Source of the DNA: Mobula hypostoma
Lineage: Eukaryota
Assembly (NCBI RefSeq): GCF_963921235.1
Contig: NC_086107.1
Span: 116,066,001-116,130,000, forward strand
Direction of reading: 5' to 3'
DNA length: 64,000 nt
Part shown: positions 55,525 through 64,000 of the stretch, in pieces
Layout of the letters: every line of letters begins with the position of its first letter
How positions within the stretch are numbered: the first letter of the stretch is position 1
Translations under genes and position numbers: made by a program
Notes under the pieces: model-generated
The model's database searches: none
Told to the model about the DNA's origin: nothing
The model's input: the letters and a program-made list of their open reading frames with translations, nothing else

Positions 55525-56940
55525 ATGTCTTGCCAATGCTGCAATGGCCACGATACTTTGTTATGTTTGTGGTGAGTAGGCGCCTGTATCTCAAAAGACG
55601 GAGCATGAACTCTGCTTTGGGTGTGAAGTTGGCGAGATTGACAAATCTCCCCTCAGCCATCAGACCTCTGTCACATGACAATCGTCTTCCAGGAATGAAG
55701 GCACCAGACAGATGGAGTCTACAGGAGCCAGACGAAGATGCCACGGTGCATGAGCCAGGAATGGAAAACGACACTGATTTTCACCCTTTTTATGTTGACT
55801 GACCTCATCTGATAACTCAATCTGAGTTAAATGACCTGGTCAAAGGCAAAAGAAGAATTACTGGGTTCGAGACTGCAAGGATGGAATCTGCTATCGCCAG
55901 GCACAAAAATTTTTGTGAAGGATTTCAATAGGCAGGAGGAGAAGATGACGACACGCAGCCACTGCGGTGATGATGTCTGTTATCTGTCAAGTAGGGTACC
56001 ATGCACAATTCTGATTTGATGGAGACGGACGTGAGAGCACGGAGGAACATCTGGAGAAACTTCTGAAATGCCCACTTCACTGCCGCTGCTACTGTGTGGT
56101 AACCGGAATCTCCAGAGCTGAAGGCCCCGAATCCTCGGCTTTGTGTGTTTCAGTGGCCGGGAAGAGGTCCAAGGCACTCGGCAGAGGATGGCGCTTGGGA
56201 GCCTGTATCGGAGAGGCTGGTCGGAGGCTCAAAGTTTTCGAACGGACAGACTCAGTGTCGGCTGCTTCCAAGGCATCGGCAAGTTGACGGTGCCTGGAGG
56301 TTTATGGCAGGGAGTTTCTCCCTTTTGCCGCCTGCTATCAGGGACTCGGGAGTCGATCGACTCGGACTTTGAGACTTTTTTTACTGTGCCTATGGTCTGT
56401 TCTTTATCAAGTTATGGTATTGCTTTGCACTGCTGTAACTATATGTTATAATTATGTGGTTCTGTCAGTGTTAATCTTTGGTTTGTCCTGTTTTCTGTGA
56501 TATCACGCTGGAGAAACATTGCATCATTTCTAAATGACAATAAGAGAGGACTGAGTGTTCTCATAATCTAATCTAATATTTGAGACAGTTGTTTCTCGGA
56601 ATAACTGATGCCAATGTTAAGGAAGGTATTTTTGTTGGTCCACAAATCAAACAGGTCATCAATCACAGGCAATTTCTAAACACTTCTGGTGAGACTGGAG
56701 AAAATCGCATGGAAGGCCTTCAAGGATGTTGAAAATTTTCTTGACAACTACGGTGCACCAAACTACGTGCAACTAGTTGACAACATTTTTCAAGCATACA
56801 AAACCATAAAGTGCAACATGTCACTAAAGATTCATTTTCTGCATTCCATTCAGATTTCTTCCCTGCAAATCTTGGTGCTGTCAGTGACAAGCATGGGTTT
56901 TCACTGGGACAAACGGGATCAGGGCTGATTATTGTTGGAT
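55525..56940 (+). pseudogene. Fragmented transposase pseudogene (stops, frameshifts, deletions)
   Basis: Motifs in several frames, a stop after CYVCGE, and an interrupting insertion. Confidence 0.8.
55931..56574 (+). mobile_element. ~640-bp nested insertion, SINE-like/non-autonomous retroposon with (TAATC)n tail
   Basis: Removing it rejoins the transposase frame EGFQ-YLRQLF; AATA occurs on both sides (55927-55930, 56575-56578). Confidence 0.7.
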
Positions 56941-57435
56941 AAATAAATGAGAAGCCTAAGACACTGAGTACAAATGAAAATCATCAACAAAACGTTTTCA
57001 GCTCAGTTGAATTATTGCAGTGTCAGCACTGTTATGCAATTAAACGCATTATAATTCAATAAATGTTAATTTCTTGTTTCTCCAAGTTCCTACCTGATCC
57101 AAGTAGTCTGACATTATATTTGTGTTCAGCTATAAGCGGTCCACCATAACCAAAAACTAATTCTGAGGAAACAGCACATTCAGAAAAATTTGCTGTCCAC
57201 TGCAACCAGTGCAAAGATGTACCAATAGAAATCTGAGTAAAATCGCCAGATACCCAATAAATCAGGCTTATTATCCCTGACATACGTTAGAAATTTATTA
57301 TTTAAGTGCAACACTGGAAAACAACGACTAAAATGGTACAGATTCAGATTCTTTACCACTTCATCTGCAGAGCGGCAGCGGCCAGTCAAACTGGTCAGTA
57401 CGCAGTTCTGACCACCCCCTGCAGAGCTGCCCTGC

Positions 57436-60400
57436 TCACCATCGCCAGCCCACCCCCATCACAAAAACATATCACCATCACCAGCCCACACCCCATCACA
57501 AAAACATATCACCATCACCAGCCCACCCCCATCACAAAAACATATCACCATCACCAGCCCACACCCCATCACAAAAACATATCACCATCACCAGCCCACC
57601 CCCATCACAAAAACATATCACCATCACCAGCCCACCCCCATCACAAAAACGTATCACCATCACCAGCCCACCCCCATCACAAAAACATATCACCATCACC
57701 AGCCCACTCCCATCACAAAAACATATCACCATCGCCAGCCCACCCCCATCACAAAAACATATCACCATCACCAGCCCACACCCCATCACAAAAACATATC
57801 ACCATCACCAGCCCACCCCCATCACAAAAACATATCACCATCACCAGCCCACCCCCATCACAAAAACATATCACCATCACCAGCCCACCCCATCACAAAA
57901 ACATATCACCATCACCAGCCCACCCCCATCACAAAAACATATCACCATCACCAGCCCACCCCCATCACAAAAACATATCACCATCACCAGCCCACCCCCA
58001 TCACAAAAACATATCACCATCACCAGCCCACACCCCATCACAAAAACATATCACCATCACCAGCCCACTCCCATCACAAAAACATATCACCATCACCAGC
58101 CCACCCCCATCACAAAAACGTATCACCATCACCAGCCCACCCCCATCACAAAAACATATCACCATCACCAGCCCACTCCCATCACAAAAACATATCACCA
58201 TCACCAGCCCACCCCCATCACAAAAACATATCACCATCACCAGCCCACCCCCATCACAAAAACATATCACCATCACCAGCCCACTCCCCATCACAAAAAC
58301 ATATCACCATCACCAGCCCACTCCCCATCACAAAAACATATCACCATCACCAGCCCACCCACATCACAAAAACATATCACCATCACCAGCCCACCCCCAT
58401 CACAAAAACGTATCACCATCACCAGCCCACCCCCATCACAAAAACATATCACCATCACCAGCCCACTCCCATCACAAAAACATATCACCATCACCAGCCC
58501 ACCCCCATCACAAAAACATATCACCATCACCAGCCCACCCCCATCACAAAAACATATCACCATCACCAGCCCACTCCCCATCACAAAAACATATCACCAT
58601 CACCAGCCCACTCCCCATCACAAAAACATATCACCATCACCAGCCCACACCCATCACAAAAACATATCACCATCACCAGCCCACCCCCATCACAAAAACA
58701 TATCACCATCACCAGCCCACCCCCATCACAAAAACATATCACCATCACCAGCCCACCCCCATCACAAAAACATATCACCATCACCAGCCCACTCCCCATC
58801 ACAAAAACATATCACCATCACCAGCCCACCCCATCACAAAAACATATCACCATCACCAGCCCACCCCCATCACAAAAACATATCACCATCACCAGCCCAC
58901 TCCCCATCACAAAAACATATCACCATCACCAGCCCACTCCCCTTCACAAAAACATATCACCATCACCAGCCCACTCCCCATCACAAAAACATATCACCAT
59001 CACCAGCCCACTCCCCATCACAAAAACATATCACCATCACCAGCCCACCCCCATCACAAAAACATATCACCATCGCCAGCCCACTCCCCTTCACAAAAAC
59101 ATATCACCATCACCAGCCCACCCCCATCACAAAAACATATCACCATCACCAGCCCACTCCCCATCACAAAAACATATCACCATCACCAGCCCACCCCCAT
59201 CACAAAAACATATCACCATCACCAGCCCACTCCCCATCACAAAAACATATCACCATCACCAGCCCACTCCCCATCACAAAAACATATCACCATCACCAGC
59301 CCACTCCCATCACAAAAACATATCACCATCACCAGCCCACCCCCATCACAAAAACATATCACCATCACCAGCCCACTCCCCTTCACAAAAACATATCACC
59401 ATCACCAGCCCACTCCCCATCACAAAAACATATCACCATCACCAGCCCACTCCCCTTCACAAAAACATATCACCATCACCAGCCCACTCCCCATCACAAA
59501 AACATATCACCATCACCAGCCCACTCCCCTTCACAAAAACATATCACCATCACCAGCCCACTCCCCATCACAAAAACATATCACCATCACCAGCCCACTC
59601 CCCATCACAAAAACATATCACCATCACCAGCCCACCCCCATCACAAAAACATATCACCATCACCAGCCCACCCCCATCACAAAAACATATCACCATCACC
59701 AGCCCACTCCCCTTCACAAAAACATATCACCATCACCAGCCCACTCCCCATCACAAAAACATATCACCATCACCAGCCCACCCCCATCACAAAAACATAT
59801 CACCATCACCAGCCCACCCCCATCACAAAAACATATCACCATCACCAGCCCACTCCCCTTCACAAAAACATATCACCATCACCAGCCCACCCCCATCACA
59901 AAAACATATCACCATCACCAGCCCACCCCCATCACAAAAACATATCACCATCACCAGCCCACTCCCCTTCACAAAAACATATCACCATCACCAGCCCACC
60001 CCCATCACAAAAACATATCACCATCGCCAGCCCACCCCCATCACAAAAACATATCACCATCACCAGCCCACCCCCATCACAAAAACATATCACCATCACC
60101 AGCCCACTCCCCATCACAAAAACATATCACCATCACCAGCCCACCCCCATCACAAAAACATATCACCATCACCAGCCCACTCCCCTTCACAAAAACATAT
60201 CACCATCACCAGCCCACCCCATCACAAAAACATATCACCATCACCAGCCCACTCCCCATCACAAAAACATATCACCATCGCCAGCCCACCCCCATCACAA
60301 AAACATATCACCATCACCAGCCCACTCCCCATCACAAAAACATATCACCATCACCAGCCCACCCCCATCACAAAAACATATCACCATCGCCAGCCCACCC

Positions 60401-63400
60401 CCATCACAAAAACATATCACCATCACCAGCCCACCCCCATCACAAAAACATATCACCATCACCAGCCCACTCCCCATCACAAAAACATATCACCATCACC
60501 AGCCCACTCCCCTTCACAAAAACATATCATCATCACCAGCCCACTCCCCATCACAAAAACATATCACCATCACCAGCCCACCCCCATCACAAAAACATAT
60601 CACCATCACCAGCCCACTCCCCTTCACAAAAACATATCACCATCACCAGCCCACTCCCCATCACAAAAACATATCACCATCACCAGCCCACCCCCATCAC
60701 AAAAACATATCACCATCACCAGCCCACCCCATCACAAAAACATATCACCATCACCAGCCCACTCCCCATCACAAAAACATATCACCATCACCAGCCCACT
60801 CCCCATCACCAAAACATATCACCATCACCAGCCCACTCCCCTTCACAAAAACATATCACCATCACCAGCCCACTCCCCATCACAAAAACATATCACCATC
60901 ACCAGCCCACTCCCCATCACAAAAACATATCACCATCACCAGCCCACTCCCCTTCACAAAAACATATCACCATCACCAGCCCACCCCCATCGCAAAAACA
61001 TATCACCATCACCAGCCCACACCCCATCACAAAAACATATCACCATTGCCAGCCCACTCCCCATCACAAAAACATATCACCATCACCAGCCCACCCCCAT
61101 CACAAAAACATATCACCATCACCAGCCCACTCCCCTTCACAAAAACATATCACCATCACCAGCCCACCCCCATCACAAAAACATATCACCATCACCAGCC
61201 CACTCCCCTTCACAAAAACATATCACCATCACCAGCCCACTCCCCATCACAAAAACATATCACCATCACCAGCCCACACCCCTTCACAAAAACATATCAC
61301 CATCACCAGCCCACTCCCCATCACAAAAACATATCACCATCACCAGCCCACTCCCCATCACAAAAACATATCACCATCACCAGCCCACTCCCCTTCACAA
61401 AAACATATCACCATCACCAGCCCACTCCCCTTCACAAAAACATATCACCATCACCAGCCCACTCCCCATCACAAAAACATATCACCATCACCAGCCCACT
61501 CCCCATCACAAAAACATATCACCATCACCAGCCCACTCCCCATCACAAAAACATATCACCATCACCAGCCCACCCCCATCACAAAAACATATCACCATCA
61601 CCAGCCCACTCCCCATCACAAAAACATATCACCATCACCAGCCCACTCCCCTTCACAAAAACATATCACCATCACCAGCCCACTCCCCATCACAAAAACA
61701 TATCACCATCACCAGCCCACCCCCCATCACAAAAACATATCACCATCACCAGCCCACTCCCCTTCACAAAAACATATCACCATCACCAGCCCACTCCCCA
61801 TCACAAAAACATATCACCATCACCAGCCCACTCCCCTTCACAAAAACATATCACCATCACCAGCCCACTCACCATCACAAAAACATATCACCATCACCAG
61901 CCCACCCCCATCACAAAAACATATCACCATCACCAGCCCACCCCCATCACAAAAACATATCACCATCACCAGCCCACTCCCCATCACAAAAACATATCAC
62001 CATCACCAGCCCACTCCCCATCCCAAAAACATATCACCATCACCAGCCCACTCCCCTTCACAAAAACATATCACCATCACCAGCCCACTCCCCATCACAA
62101 AAACATATCACCATCACCAGCCCACCCCCATCACAAAAACATATCACCATCACCAGCCCACCCCCATCACAAAAACATATCACCATCACCAGCCCACTCC
62201 CCATCACAAAAACATATCACCATCACCAGCCCACTCCCCATCACAAAAACATATCACTATCACCAGCCCACACCCCATCACAAAAACATATCACCATCAC
62301 CAGCCCACTCCCCATCACAAAAACATATCACCATCACCAGCCCACCCCCATCACAAAAACATATCACCATCACCAGCCCACCCCCATCACAAAAACATAT
62401 CACCGTCACCAGCCCACTCCCCATCACAAAAACATATCACCATCACCAGCCCACCCCCATCACAAAAACATATCACCATCACCAGCCCACACCCCTTCAC
62501 AAAAACATATCACCATCACCAGCCCACCCCCATCACAAAAACATATCACCATCACCAGCCCACTCCCCTTCACAAAAACATATCACCATCACCAGCCCAC
62601 TCCCCATCACAAAAACATATCACCATCACCAGCCCACTCCCCATCACCAAAACATATCACCATCACCAGCCCACTCCCCATCACAAAAACATATCACCAT
62701 CACCAGCCCACCCCATCACAAAAACATATCACCATCACCAGCCCACACCCCATCACAAAAACATATCACCATCACCAGCCCACTCCCCATCACAAAAACA
62801 TATCACCATCACCAGCCCACTCCCCTTCACAAAAACATATCACCATCACCAGCCCACTCCCCATCACCAAAACATATCACCATCACCAGCCCACTCCCCA
62901 TCACAAAAACATATCACCATCACCAGCCCACACCCCATCACAAAAACATATCACCATCACCAGCCCACTCCCCATCACAAAAACATATCACCATCACCAG
63001 CCCACCCCCATCACAAAAACATATCACCATCACCAGCCCACACCCCATCACAAAAACATATCACCATCACCAGCCCACTCCCCATCACAAAAACATATCA
63101 CCATCACCAGCCCACCCCCATCACAAAAACATATCACCATCACCAGCCCACTCCCCTTCACAAAAACATATCACCATCACCAGCCCACTCCCCATCACAA
63201 AAACATATCACCATCACCAGCCCACTCCCCTTCACAAAAACATATCACCATCACCAGCCCACTCCCCATCACAAAAACATATCACCATCACCAGCCCACT
63301 CCCCATCACAAAAACATATCACCATCACCAGCCCACCCCCATCACAAAAACATATCACCATCGCCAGCCCACCCCCATCACAAAAACATATCACCATCAC

Positions 63401-63495
63401 CAGCCCACCCCCATCACAAAAACATATCACCATCACCAGCCCACTCCCCTTCACAAAAACATATCACCATCACCAGCCCACCCCCCATCACAAAA
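57436..63495. repeat. 36/37-bp satellite (CATCACAAAAACATATCACCATCACCAGCCCAC(T)CCC)n, ~165 copies
   Basis: Highly homogeneous direct periodicity. Confidence 0.98.
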
Positions 63496-64000
63496 CCCAG
63501 CCCTCTACACCAACTCTACACCCAATAACCCAGCCCTCTACACCCTCAACTCTACACCCAGTAACCCAGCCCTCTACACCAACTCTACACCCAGTAACCC
63601 AGCCCTCTACACCAACTCTACACCCAGTAACCCAGCCCTCTACACCCCCAACTCTACACCCACTAACCTCGCCCTCTGCACCCCCAACTCTACACCCAGT
63701 AACCCAGCCCTCTACACCCTCAACTCTATACCCACTAACCCAGCCCTCTGCACCCCCAACTCTACACACACTAACCCAGCCCTCTACACCAACTCTACAC
63801 CCAGTAACCCAGCCCTCTACACCAACTCTACACCCAGTAACCCAGCCCTCTACACCCCCAACTCTACACCCACTAACCTCGCCCTCTGCACCCCCAACTC
63901 TACACCCAGTAACCCAGCCCTCTACACCCTCAACTCTATACCCACTAACCCAGCCCTCTGCACCCCCAACTCTACACACACTAACCCAGCCCTCTACACC
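63494..64000. repeat. 33/36-bp minisatellite (AACCCAGCCCTCTACACC(CCC)AACTCTACACCCAGT)n, runs off window
   Basis: Direct periodicity; 210-bp six-unit higher-order repeat (63761-63790 identical to 63971-64000). Confidence 0.95.

Larger units (their letters stand above)
55196..57202 (+). mobile_element. Decayed Chapaev3-like (CMC superfamily) DNA transposon
   Basis: TIRs CACTGGACAACAAA (55196) and reverse complement CAGTGGACAGCAAA (ends 57202), 12/14 identical; flanks TAA/CAA. Transposase remnants CYVCGE, PSAIRPLSHD, PHLITQSELNDLV, ELLGSRLQGWNLL, KEGIFVGPQIK, EKIAWKAFK, MSLKIHFLHS. Family name from recall of these motifs. Confidence 0.8.

Noticed and set aside
57408..57426. CTCF-like motif (minus CTGCAGGGGGTGGTC); also GGTGGCGCTA near 54992
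   Set aside because: Only partial matches by eye; cannot be supported without PWM scoring or ChIP.
13310..63495. CRISPR-like array (36-37 bp repeats)
   Set aside because: Units are head-to-tail with no unique spacers, no cas genes, and a spliced eukaryotic context.

Overview
Eukaryotic (vertebrate) genomic DNA, about 90% tandem repeat. The repeat content resembles that of cartilaginous fishes (ray/shark); this is inference. The one gene is a class I phosphatidylinositol transfer protein, beta type (PITPNB-like), on the minus strand. Seven coding exons (20, 31, 146, 92, 8, 75, 84 nt, all GT-AG) splice in frame to 152 aa: [152 protein letters not shown]. The remaining exons probably lie left of the window. 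Introns are inflated by several different satellites. The largest is a ~38.5 kb 36-bp array in intron 2, which has kb-scale higher-order structure and grades into a related 52-bp unit. Upstream are a CpG-rich promoter (CRE, ETS motifs), a decayed Chapaev3-like DNA transposon with TIRs and a nested insertion, and two more satellites. Nearly all long ORFs in the track are repeat artefacts. I found no evidence for a novel protein-coding or CRISPR-like system; the most interesting signals concern satellite birth and splicing architecture.
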